Source: Mobula hypostoma
Taxonomy: Eukaryota
Length of the DNA: 64,000 nt
Reading direction: 5' to 3'
NCBI RefSeq assembly: GCF_963921235.1
Contig: NC_086108.1
Span: 50,718,001-50,782,000, forward strand
This document shows, piece after piece, positions 25,873 to 38,339 of this stretch. The translations under genes and the position numbers were made by a program. The notes under the pieces were generated by a model. It was not told the DNA's origin. It worked only from the letters and a program-made list of their open reading frames with translations, and did not search any database. Within the stretch, counting starts at the first letter, position 1, and each line of letters opens with the position of its first letter.

Positions 25873-27190
25873 TTTTCCAAGCCAGATTGCAAAGTGAGGA
25901 TCTGTGTTGATATAACAAAATTGAATAATGCAGTGAGGTGGGAGAAGTTTATTCTGCTCTCTCCTGAGCACATAAGGGAATGCTGGGTGGAGCAAAAATC
26001 TTCATGAAACTAAATGCAAACTCAGGGTTCTGGCAAGTCCATTTAGCTCTTGAGTCACAGAAGCTCACAACCGTTATCATACCATGTAGACACTGGGCCT
26101 TCAAGAGACTCCCTTTTGGTGTCTCATCAGCCCCTGAATTCTTTTAGATGAGGATGAATCAAATTTTGGAGGGTCTGGAAGTGGTAGTCTGCCACATGGA
26201 TGTTAAACTCATCTTCAGAAGCTCAAGGAGCATGTCAAGACAGTGGAAGCTGCCTTGGGACAGTGGAAGCTGCCTTGGAGAAACTGAAAAAAGCTTGAAT
26301 CATCCTGAACAAAAAGGTGTATGAACTTCAAAGTTAGAGGTGAAGTTCTTAAGCCACCAACTCTCCTCAGAGGGAGTAGAACCAGATTCAGACAAACTGG
26401 CATAAGTTCAGAACATGGAAAAGCCTATGAATATATTAGAGATCAACAGTTCCCTTCACATGGTAAACTAGCCGGGAAAGTTCATTCCAGATATGGCAGA
26501 GAAAACAAAGCTACCCCATGATCCCCTCTCTCAGAGAAACATTTGGACCTGGGAGAAGACTTTCTGATCACCTACAGCAGTGCTTATCTCTCTGCCAACA
26601 TTGGCGTTCTTTGGTCCAAACAAAGCAACCAAGGTCTCAGCAGATGCCTCTTCTTTTGGCCTAGGGGGAGTGCTCATGCTATACTGCAGTGGTGTATGGA
26701 AACCAGTGGCATATGCATCATGAGCACTGACTCCTACTGAACAACGTTATGCCTAAATTGAAAAGGAGATACTGGCTCTCGTGTGGGCTTGTGATCACTT
26801 CAGTTACTACTTGATAGGCAATAAATTCCTACATCAAACAAACAACAAGCTACTTGTCAGCCTCCTCAGCTCGAAACACTTGGATAACTTACCTCCACGT
26901 CTGCAAAATTTCAGAATGAGGCTAATGCGATACCATTATGACACTGAACATGTCCCCGGCAAATCTTTCACAACACCTGACACTCTGTCAAGGACATCAT
27001 GCCAAAGTGAGTGGACGGAAGCTGAACCTGCCCTCATGGGAGATACTAACATCTATACATTAGACACATCAGATACGTGAAAGCTTTCCTGCATCACAGA
27101 GTAAATGGGACGAAATTTGCACGGTTGAAAAAGGACCACATCTGCAGCAGGGTCATGCAATACTCTGAGCATGGATGGCCAGCTGTTCCA

Positions 27191-28772
27191 GAATTGAATT
27201 GAATTAACTTTAGTACTTACATCCTTCACATACATGAGGAGTAAAAATCTCCTTCTACATTTGCAATGTGCAATTTATCATAATTTGTAATAAATAGTAT
27301 GTACAATAGGACAGTCAATATAACATAGAAATACAATTGTACTAGTATGAATTAATCTGATGGCTTAGTGGAAGAAGCTGTCCTGGAGCCTGTTGGTCCT
27401 GGCTTTTATGCTGCGGTACCGTTTCCCGGATGGTAGCTGCTGAAATAGTTCATGGTTGGGGTGACTCGGGTCCCCAGTGATACTTCAGACCCTTTTTACA
27501 CACCTGTCTTTGTAAATGTCCTGAATAGTGGGAAGTTCATATCTACAGATGTGCTGGGCTGTCCGCACCACTCTCTGCAGAGCCCTGTGATTGAAGGAAG
27601 TACAGTTCCCATACCAAGCAAGTGATACAGCCAGTCAGAATGCTCTCAGTTGTGCCCCTGTAGAAAGTTCTTAGGATTTGGAGGCCCATACAAAATTTCT
27701 TCAACCATTTGAGGTGAAGAAGGTGCTGTTGTGCTTTTTTCATCACACAGCCGGTATGTACAGACCTTGTGAGGTCCTCGGTGATGTGTATGCCAAGGAA
27801 CTTAAAGCTGTTTATCCTCTCAACCCCAGATCCATTGATGTCAATAGGGGTTAGCCTGTCTCCATTCCTTCTGTAGTCCACAACTGGCTCCTTTATTGTT
27901 TTCTTGACACCACTGTGACAGAGAGATGACATCGTCTCTGTAGGATGCTTCATTACTATTTGAGATTAGGCCAATCAATGTAGTATCGTTAGCAAATTTA
28001 ATTAGCAGATTGGAGCTGTGGGTGGTGACACAGTCATGGGTATACAGAAAGTAAAGGAGGGGGCTTAGGACAGCCCTGAGGGGCACCTGTGTTGAGGGTC
28101 AGAGGGGCAGAGGTGAGGGATCCCACTCTTACCACCTACTGGTGATCTGACGGGAAGTCCAGGATCCAGCTACACAAGGCAGGGTGAAGGCCGAGGTCTC
28201 TGAGCTTCTAGCCAAGCCTGGAGGGAATTATGGTGTTGAATGTTGAACTGTAGTCCAAGAACAGCATTCTCACATAAGCATCCCTCTTCTCCAGATGTGC
28301 AAGGACGGTGTGTAGGGCTGTGGTTATAGTATCATCTGTCGATTGGTTGTGTCAGTAGGTGAATTGTAGGGGGTCCAGTGTGGGTGGGAGCATGCCGCAG
28401 ATGTAGTCCTTGACCAGCCTCTCAAAGCATTTGCTTATTATTAAGGTGAGTTTGACAGGACTCCGGTCGTTCAGACATGTTACCTTGGTCTTTTTAGGTA
28501 CAGGAACAATGGTGGATGTTTTGAAGCAGGGTGGTACTCTAAACTGGGAGAGGGAGAGACTAAAAATGTCTGTAAACACACCTGCCAGTTGTGCTACACA
28601 CATCCTGAGTACCCGCCCTGGGATGCCGTCTGGTCCCACAGCCGTGCCACTGTCCACTCGTTGGAAACACCTGTGTACTTCAGCCTCAGAGATGACCAAG
28701 GTGCAGGTCGCGTCAGCGGCTCTCAGTGGCTCAATGTTGATGACTTTGAACAAAGCATAAAAAAGATTTAGC
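27191..28772 (-). mobile_element. Rex1/Babar LINE
   Basis: [39 protein letters not shown]; (GAATT)n tail. Confidence 0.95.
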
Positions 28773-30076
28773 TCATGGACTCAAGAACTCAGACCTTATT
28801 GACTTGAAAGAGACAGACTCACTTTTCTTGATGGTTTGCTGCTAAAGGGCTCCAGACTCGTCATTCCTGTTTCTATTCATGCTAAATTCATCAGTCAAAA
28901 CCACCAAGGATATCAAGGCATCGAGAAGTGTTGCCAAAGGGCAAGGCAATTCACGTGGTGCCCTGGTATGAGTACACAGATAGTAGATTATACAAAGCAA
29001 TGTGAAGCATGCACAAAAATCATGCTGAACCTCTCTTTCCCACAGAATTCCCAGACTTTCCATGCCAAATTGCAGGTACAGACATTTCTGAGCTGAAAAG
29101 AGACAAATGTCTTCTCACTGGGGATTACTACTCACAGAATGTTGAGGTGTCCAAACCGTCCTCTGCATCCTCAGCAGCAGTTATACAGCAGCTGAAAACT
29201 GTATTTGCTCATCATTGAACACCAGAGGCACAGACATATTGTCTCAACAGGCCACAATTCAGCTGCTCAGAATTCAAAACCTTTGCAAGGGTCTTGGCAT
29301 TCAAACATCTGACAAGCAGTCCACAGTACCCACAGGCAAATGGAGAAGTGGAAAGAGCAGTGCAAACTGTTAAGAGTCTCCTACTCAAGGCAAAAGACAC
29401 ATACAAAGCACCTGCTGTAGGCTCTCACCCCAAAATGTCGACTGTACCCTTTTCCATAGATGCTGTCTGGCCTGCTGAGTTCATCCAGCATTTTGCGTGT
29501 GCTGCTTGTATTTCCAGCATCTACAGATTTTCTCCTGTTTTTGTCTGAGTACAAAACACTGCTAGTTTATTGCTCCACACCTCTTGTGAATGGTTAAGTC
29601 CATCAGAGCTGTCAATGGACCGAGAAAAAGCCTCAGTCCATTCTCCAACCTCACTTACAGGATAGTCAACTGCTCTTGATTGGTAACTCTGCTGTACAAC
29701 TCTGGTGGAGGTGGCCGTTTGTTGGGGGACAGCATAGGCGACACAGAATAAACTGTATACAAGTAACCAACAAGGTACGTGCATACAGGTGACTATATAC
29801 GAGACTTCATCATTTGAAAGTTTGGGTTGTTTACATCCTTGCTGTTATAGATGTTTTTTCTTCTTCCTAATGCATTGACTCTTGAGACTACAGCTTTGGT
29901 TTAGGGTTTGAACTGTCAAAGCAAAGGAATTATCCTGAATTATAGACCAATGAGAAAGTACTGTGCCTCTTTAGCCAATAGACAAGTCTTTTTTGCTGTT
30001 TTAAGAGATGTCCCTTTAAAGCAAAGTGAGGGCAAGAAAAACAGCCCTATCAAGTATGTTTTACCATTTTTCAATA

Positions 30077-33000
30077 TCAGAATCAGGTTTACTATCACTG
30101 ACATATGCCGTGAAATTTGTTGTTTTGCGGCAGCGGTACAGTACAATACATAAAATTACTGTAAGTTACAATAAGATATATAAAAAAAAGTAGTGCAAAA
30201 AGAGAGCGAAAAGTGAGGTAGTGTTCATGGCCATTCAGAAACCTGATGGCGGAGGGAAAGAAGCATTCAGTGTTCATCTTCAGGCTCCAGCTCCTCCTCC
30301 CTTTGGTAGCAATGAGAAGAGTTCATGTCTCCCAAGGTAAGGGCCCTTAATAATGGAAGCTGCCTCCCTGATGTACCACCTTTTGAGGATGTCCTCAGTG
30401 GCCAACTGGCCAAATTTACAATCCTCTACAACGATTCTGTTCATCAGTGCCTCCATACTAGACAGTGTTGTGACCAGTCAGGATATTCTCCACAGTACAT
30501 CTAGAGAAACCTAATTGAATCTTTGGTGACACACTGAACCTCCTCAAACATCTAATGAGATATATCTGCAGATGTGCCTTTTTCGTAATTGTTAGGCCCA
30601 GGATAGATCTTCAGAGGTGTTGACACCCAACACCTTGAAACTGGCATTCTCTTAATATTCCTAACTGGGCAGAAGCATGGGGAAAAGGTAAAATTGCATT
30701 TTTGTTTATATCAGAGTACTAGTCTTTCCTGTTTTTCAGTCATGAAACAGATAACAAATGATCTTAGTTTACTCTGACTATTTCTACGCAATCTTTCAAA
30801 AAGGGAAGCGCAACTTGTTGAAAATTCAATAGAACCTCCCATTCTATTAAAAGTCGGATGAAATCTCCAGCCCAAACAAAAGGAGGAAAATTCTCACTAT
30901 GAACTTTAAATTCCTCCACAGGTTCAACGGGGGAGGGAGAGGGGAATTTAAAAAAAGGCAGAGAGGATGCAAGAAGTGGAAATAGCATTTAAAGGTGGGA
31001 TCAGGATGAAATGAACCAGTTCATTGAGGAACTCTTGAGACAAGAATGCAAGTGAAATGGAGTTGTTGCGTATGTAAAAGAGTGACAATATTCTGACTGC
31101 ATGCGATTCCAGTGATTGCTATTATTTTCTTCTCTTCGACTTACACCTTTATTTGAATGCCAGTAAGTAGGGAAATATATGGAAATGCTACGGTCAGCAA
31201 AGAAACAAGTGTGGTACAGGATTATGCTTCAGTATCAGAATCAGGTTTAATATCAATGCCAGACATATATTAGTTAAATTAAATAAATAGTGCAAAAAAA
31301 AAGTAGTGAGGTAGTGCTGATGGGTTCAATGACCATTCACAAATCTGACAGCAGAGGAGAAGAAGCCGTTTCTGAGTCACTGAGTGTGTGTCTCCAAGCT
31401 CCAGTGCCTCCTCCCTGAGGAAAAGAGGGCATGTCCTGGAAGATGGGGGTCCTTAATGATGGAGGCCGCCTTTTTGAGGCATCGTTCCTTGAAGATGCCC
31501 TGGACGCTATGGAGGCTAGTGCCCGTGATGGAGCTGACTGAGTTCACAACTTTCTGCAGTTTCTTTCGGTCCTGTGCCGTAGCACCACCCGCATTTCCCC
31601 CCTCCAATGCCAGATGGTAAGATTTGCATTTATAAAATGTCATACTTTATTAGGAGTTTAAGAAGATTTGGTGTTCCACCAGAAACTCTTAAAAATGTCC
31701 ACAGATGTGCCATGGAGAGCATTCTGACAGTTGCATCGTCACCTGGTGTGGAGGCTTCAGTGCTGAGGATGGAAAGAGACTGTAGAGGGTTGTGGATTTA
31801 GCCAGGTCCATCATGGGCACAACTCTCACCATCATCAAGGACACCTTCATGAGACAGTGCCCTGGGACGGTGGAGTCCATCGTTAAGAACCCTCACTATT
31901 TTCAAAGGTACATTTAATGTCAGAGAAATGTATACAATATACATCCTGAAATGCTTTTTCTTTGTAACCATCCATGAAAACAGAGGAGTGCCCCAAAGAA
32001 TAAATGACGGTTAAATGCTAGAACCCCAAAGACTGGCCCAGCTCCCCTTCCTCCCTCGTGTAAGCAATGCAATGATCCCATCTCCCCTCCCCAGCAAAAA
32101 AAAACATTGGCACCCAAGCGTGCAGCAAAGGCACAGACTTGCAGTACCCCAAAGACTACTCGTTCACCCGGTATTTGACATACTACAGGCTCTCTCTCTC
32201 CCTCATAAGGGGAAAGCAGTGTCGCCATTTCACAGCGAGAGGGGAGACCTAACAAACAACTCGCTGGTTTACGATGTTAAAAGCCCGTCGCATTGCTTTT
32301 TCCGAGCTCCGTGTCCAAATATCTTGGGTCTCTGGGCACACAAGCCAGAGAACTTCCAACTCCCACGACACATCGATTTCCTGCCGGGACACCGAACTCC
32401 GATTCCCCCCATCTCCAGAGCCAAAAACCTTGGTCTTCCGAAGGTGAGCTAAGCTCTTAGGCCGCATCCTTGGCATGTCGAATAACGGCCAGTCGTGAAA
32501 CCCTGAGAGCAGGTCCCATTCTTTCAAAGAACCGAAGTCAGCGTGTAACTCCAGGTCAGAATCTTCAAAAGAACCCTGAAAGGGAAAAATAGAAATATTA
32601 AAGATGGAAATAGAGCTGCTTTCGAAGATGCAAACAAAGGAGTCGCCATTTAGCGCCATCAAAGCTAAGCTCCACCCTCTTCTCACTGTTTCTGTTATCA
32701 CTGGGGAGGAAATACAGGAGCCTAAAGACCTACACACAACATCTTACGAACAGCTACTTCCCCTCCATCATCTGATTTCTGAATGGTCATGAACCCAAGT
32801 ACTCTATCTCATTATCCCTTTTTGCAATTTTTAGGGTAACTTACGGTAATTTTCATGCCTTATACTGAATCACAAAACAACAGATTTCATAGCAATAAAT
32901 ATGATTCTGACTCTGAAATAGGTAGTTTTATTTTTGGAAAGGAAATAAAATACTTGTTGAGTAGGTTTGTCAAAGTGATTTATTAGCCATAGAAAGCCAC

Positions 33001-33650
33001 TGTGTCTTTTGTGTGACAAGGTGACGCAAATCGTTAAAAGCTCCACCTGACTTGCAACTGTATACTTTGCATCCATTGTATATTTGCAATCAGCAGTAAG
33101 GCACGCAGAGAATGGCAATTCAAACCATGTGAAAAAGGGGCAGAATCTTAAAGGTTACAAATATTTTTAATACAATTGAATTGAATTGACTTTATTACTT
33201 ACATCCTTCATAAACATGAGGAGTAAAAATCTTTACGTTGTGTCTCCATCTAAATGTGCAATGTGCAATTTATAGAAATTTATAATAAGTATTATGTACA
33301 ACAGAATAGTCAATATAACATAGAAATACAGTTGTGTCAGCATGAATTAAGCAGTCTGATGGCCTGGTGGAAGAAGCTGTCCCAGAGCCTGTTGGTCCTG
33401 GCTTTTATGCTGTGGTACCGTTTCCCGGATGGTAACAGCTGGCATAGTTTGTGACTTGGTCTCCAATGATCCTTCAGGCCCTTTTTACACACCTGTCTTT
33501 GTAAATGTCCTGAATAGTCTACAAGCCAGGGTGAAGGCCAAGGTCTCTGAGCTTTTTATCGAGCGGGAGGGAATTATGGTGTTGAATGCTAAACTGTAGT
33601 CAAAGAACAGAATTCTTACATAAGCATCCTTCTTCTCCAGATGTGTAAAT
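30077..33650. mobile_element. Cluster of Rex1 3' fragments (30077-30640 minus, 31232-31610 minus, 31620-32920 plus, 33173-33650 minus)
   Basis: [31 protein letters not shown] motifs; (AGAATC)n and (GAATT)n tails. Confidence 0.8.
31901..32673 (-). mobile_element. Non-autonomous retroelement with GATGGCG 5' end and Rex1-like tail
   Basis: Minus start GGAGCTTAGCTTTGATGGCGCTAAATGGCG; end ATTAAATGTACCTTTGAA; interrupts a Rex1 fragment. Confidence 0.5.
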
Positions 33651-36382
33651 ACTCATTGGTGTGAAGGTCTCATAGGATGGGAGATGACTACTTATGTTTT
33701 CTACAGATGCTTGATTAGTTTTCATTTCTGAATCATTTTTCCATTTTTATATTCAGATGTAGCTGTCATTAGAGATTTTAATTTACAATAGGTTTGCATA
33801 AGAGAAGGGAAATAATGCAGGATGCTGTGAACAAATATTTTTAAATGGAACTGAAAGAATGGGCATGGGATGAAAAGGACCATTGAACAAAAGTAAACTC
33901 CAGAACAGCATTTTGATATTTCTGTTGTTGCATGAATTAATTCACTGGAGAAAAGTACTGGTAGATATGAAGCAGCTTCTTTATTCGACAAAACGCAGTA
34001 CAGCAGGCATTATATTGAGGCCCATATTGAGCCAATTTAACTAAACCGGCTTCGGTCATTTCTTCCTGCACACCTGCAATTTCAATTGCCTCTTGTTCCT
34101 CTGTTTTCCTCAAACTGATGTCTGCCCCCTAATTTCCTTCCTGCTCTTCACTCTCCCCTTTCCAGTGAGCTTTCACTTTAATTGCTGCCACCTCTGCTGT
34201 CAGACTCACTGCTTTAACTGTTGTCGTATTCGGTGCCCGTGCTGAATACCTAACCATATTGAGGTTACAAATCCTCGTCGTGCCCATGTCATCAGATAAT
34301 CACGCCCATCCTGAGGGCAGACTGGCTGTCTGTATATGTATTTATTCATCTACCTTCACTGTAGTGCACCAGTATTGACTTCCATCAGGGCCACCAGTTC
34401 CACTACCTGAGCTGAGCGATCCCTGGCAGTGCTCCTGAAGCTAATTCGTCACCTGTTTGCTTCACCATGGCCTACCCAGTGCGTGGCTTCCCTTCTAAGT
34501 ACCTCTAAGATCCACCTATATAATTTTCCTCTGCTCCCCCTTCCAGATGTGTTTCCTTCACACCAATATCTTCTTCCTGCTCTATTTCCATTTGGCATTC
34601 GTGAGCCTCCCCCTCTGTTCGGATGGTGCTCACGGGATTCATTCATCTGGCCCCCATCTTCCTTCCTCCAGAGTGGCGTTCCTCCTTTAACCAAGGCCTG
34701 GATCAGGGCCACTAGTGCTGAGAATCCTGGTATGAAATTACAGCAGAAATTCAACAGACCCATTACCCTCCTCACTCCCCTTATGTTTACTGGGCAGGGC
34801 CAGAAGCTGATTGCCGAGCGTCTGTCATCTGACATGTCCTTTCTCCCCTGGGAAATGGTGCAGCCTAGGTACTATACAGACTGCTTTCCTACCTGAGCAT
34901 TGTGTGGACTGATTTGAAACCTTTGGCTTGCAGTACTGTATCTCTAAAACACTGGCTTTCACCGTTAAATGATCTGCTTTGTTTTCTGAGGCAATGAGTA
35001 GCTCATCTACTTATTGTAAGATGGTCGACCAGTGGGGCATTAGATTGAGCTTTTCCAAAGTCTGCACCATGACCTTATGATAGATGGCTGGGCTATTGTG
35101 GAATCCCTGGGGTGTCTGGTCCACGTATACTGCCGCCCACCTAGGGTGAAGGCAAATCGGTCTTAGGGCTCAGGTGTTAAGGGGAGCTCCCAAAATCCAT
35201 TATCGATATCCAGAACTGAAAAAACTTTATGTTCTAGAGGCAGGCCATTCAGGATTGTTGCAGGGCTCGCCACGATGTGATGCAATTTTGGTATGGGCTT
35301 ATTACTGGCAGTATAGTCTACAGTTAACTGATACAATCCACCGGGCTTCTTTACTGGCCAAATACGTGAGCTAGTAGTTGATGCAGTCTTTCTGAGTATC
35401 CCCTGGTGTTTTAGTTCCTTCACTGTACCCTGAACAGCTGATAGTGTGGAAGTGTGTCAGTTTTTATAGGGTACTGCTTATGGATTTATGCAGGCCCCTC
35501 CCCTCCATTTTAACTGGGCCCTTCTTTACTCAACCACAATCTTACTTGTGTTTAGCCTACACTGCTGGAACTGCTGCCAAAGTAACCCATAGACGCCGTC
35601 CTGGCTCCAGTCCCTGATGATCAGGCAGCTGTGACTATGCTAGCCAGGTTATATACTCTGCTGCTTGTAGGTATTCACTGCTCCTGGCTTGTCCATATTA
35701 TCTCCCCCTTTCCTGAATCCATAATGGCTCCTGCTTCCCTTGTGACATTTATTCCAAGGACAGGACCCCCATTATTTGGACAGACCCAGAAATACACAGG
35801 AAGCTGAACCCTACCAATTTCGAGTATTTGTGACTCCTTTCACTATTTCTCCTCCTACACCCCGAATATAAGTGGCCCATCCATTTGTTGGCAAGAGTAG
35901 AACAGTTATCGATACCGAAGCCCCTGTGTCCACTAACATATTGCATTGCCGGCCCTCTAACAATGCTGTTGTGTACATTCATGGGTTAACAGCACTGGCA
36001 GTGGGGGTTGCCAGCACATCTTCTTCTGACATAGAAGCCACCTTCACCAGCTCTACGATCTGATCGACAGTCAGATTAGTCCGACTGGATGCTGATAGGG
36101 TGAGAGATTGCGTGTCTGCCATGACTTCAACCTGTTTTGATTTCCTCATTTTTGGATCTTGCCTCCAACCATGTCCCAATATGCCACAGCTGTAGCACAT
36201 AAACTTCCTTACCCTCCCACGTCTATTCCAGCAGTTCCTCGCTTCGTGCCCTGGCTGCTAGCACACAAAACAAACCCTCAGTGATGTCGCTACAGCGGCA
36301 TCCCCAACAGCTACTTTATGATTTCTCCTGCACTTTCTTTGGTCTATCAGCCACTCTTGAGTGCCTGAACTCAATATGCCTG

Positions 36383-36902
36383 TTCATTGAGAGCATACTC
36401 ACCAACTGCATCTCAGTGTGGTATGACAATTGTCCTGTATCGGACCGCAAAGCACTCCAGCGTGTGGTGAAAACTGCCTAGCGAATTATCGGCACCCAAT
36501 TGCCCAACATTGAGAACATCTACCACAAACGCTGCCTGGGCAGGGCGAAAAGCATTATCAGGGATGCATCTCACCCTAACCATGGACGTTTTACTCTCCT
36601 CCCATCTGGTAGGTGCTACAGGAGTCTCCGCTCCCGCACCAGCAGGCACAGGAAGAGCTTCTTCCCTGAGGCTGTGACCCTGCTGAACCTCACATCACAG
36701 CTCTAAGCAGTATTGTACCCATATTGTACTGTCTCAGTACTTTTATATTTGTGTGCTGTAGCACTTACTTTTTATGCGCAGTTATTTTGTAAATAACACT
36801 GTTCTTTGCATTTCTGGTCAGATGCTAACAGCATTTCATTGGCTTTGTACCTGTGCTCGGCACAGTGACAATAAAGTTGAATCTGATCTAATTTAATCTA
36901 AA
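36383..36902 (+). mobile_element. Rex1 3' fragment in ERV gag
   Basis: IESILTNCISVWY..DRKALQRVVKTA; FTLLPSGR. Confidence 0.9.
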
Positions 36903-37237
36903 TTCATTTGCATCACACTCACAAGCTGCATATGCTAAAGTGCAGCTCCCCGAACGCGTGTACACGCCCCTCAACAGCGTCCCGAACCTGCATTAACAAC
37001 CCTTCGCAACTGGTGGCTCCGTCTCACCAAAATAACACACGAAGTTCTGTCTCTTACATAAACGCACATGCACGTGCACACACTGGGTTTATATCTACCC
37101 GTTCAGCTTTCCGCATTCATGATACTTCATATTCCAGTGTACCATCGATCTGAACAGATCCAAGAGTGCTAATTTAAAAAATTCTCACCCACTGAGACTG
37201 TGAAGATCACTGACCACACGATGGGTCACACAAAGAT

Positions 37238-37252
37238 ATCTCACTCCTGACA
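37238..37252 (-). promoter_or_regulatory. Decayed tRNA-Leu PBS of the ERV
   Basis: Minus strand TGTCAGGAGTGAGAT, 8 nt after the LTR end CAACA. Confidence 0.65.
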
Positions 37253-37260
37253 TGAAACGT

Positions 37261-37768
37261 TGTTGCGTAAATGTAGTCATCAGAGATAAGTGCTGGTAGT
37301 TATGAAGTAGCTTCTTTATTTTGACAAAACAAAATACAGCAGGCATCATATTGATGATCTTTCAGATGGAAGGTTTGGCGGGCCCATCGTGGGGCTTGTT
37401 ATTTGATGTGCTAAACATCAAAGGACAATTCCATATTTACAATGTATCTACAATACTTTCTTTGAAACTACACACAGAATTCACAGCTCCTGATCCACAC
37501 CCACACCACAGACAGACATTCAAACGATTTTTGGTCAGCATCGTCTGGTCTGTTATTCAAGGCTTTTAGGAACCTATTGCTCAGAGCAGTATTTTATCTA
37601 CAATTTATATTCAGATTTGAAGATTAGTGGCTTTGGGTTTTGCACATTTACATTTAGCAAGGTCATTTGCTGAACTTAAATGTGCTAAATCCAAAAGTCA
37701 CTCTAGCAATTTTCATTTTGATTTTTCCAGTTTATACTTTCTGCTCAGGCTGTACATTACCCACTACA
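37261..37768 (-). repeat. ERV 5' LTR
   Basis: TGTAG...CAACA on minus with AATAAA; first about 90 bp repeated at 33926-34020. Confidence 0.8.
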
Positions 37769-38339
37769 GTATATCAGTAATAAAAGCTGGGAAAAGCTCT
37801 AATTCAACCAATATTTGCTGAACAAGGAAACCTGTTGTCATACATTTCTGGCCTCTGCATGAACTCAAACTCAAATAATTGGGATTGGTTATTACTTTTC
37901 CAAAGTTGTTTCAAGTAAAAACAGAATAGAATCAGTTAGACCACCCCACAGCAGTTGTTCCATCCTTCCAGAATCAAGCAACTCTGGAAGAGCCTTCATA
38001 AAATCAAAAGAGCAACAAAGTCAAAGTCAGTACCCATAAACCTCATCCTTAACAATGGATTCCAACATTGAACTCTATTAAAATGCTGGAATACTTTTGT
38101 TACCTCCAGCAGGCAACCTGATCTGCAACATTTCATGTTTGTCTCAGCCATTGACAGAATGTTGCAGCTATCCTAACAAACTAATGTCACTGATGGTGAC
38201 CACACAGGTTGTTACCTCGTATGACGTGCCCTCAGTTCAATCAGGTAATAATGTTCCACAAAGTCGAAGAAATGTATTTGATCTTTTATTAGCAAGTAAC
38301 AAAACATACAATCTTGAAGCGATGAAACAATGGTAACTC

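Larger units (their letters stand above)
24145..29810 (+). mobile_element. Decayed Ty3/Gypsy pol (RT-RNase H-integrase) with CR1, hAT, Rex1 and Penelope insertions
   Basis: YPELFTSLG; NSGFWQV; RLPFGVSSAPEFF; ADASSFGLG; IEKEILALVWAC; HQGYQGIEKC; SPQYPQANGEVERAVQTVK. Confidence 0.9.
33926..37768 (-). mobile_element. Endogenous retrovirus-like element (LTR-PBS-gag-pro-RT-RNase H-partial LTR), integrase and env absent
   Basis: CYSCGILGH; MLVDTGAS; IWPVKKPGG..LTVDY; VLDIDNGFW; YTWTRHPQGFHNSP; RNase H AQVVELVAL, YTDS, WARRGFVTS, IKVKAH. Confidence 0.85.
14172..37930 (+). pseudogene. Putative multi-exon pseudogene with repeated ricin-B/CysR-like modules (remnants starting about 14172, 14675, 16091, 17504, 18914, 29894, 30740, 33757, continuing at 37811)
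   Basis: Non-repeat islands following AG acceptors, mostly phase 1; manual translations show beta-trefoil-like motifs; many stops. Confidence 0.4.

Noticed and set aside
30764..30988. Protein-looking minus ORF (PPFVWAGDFIRLLIEW)
   Set aside because: No convincing minus-strand splice sites; the plus strand has a strong acceptor at 30739
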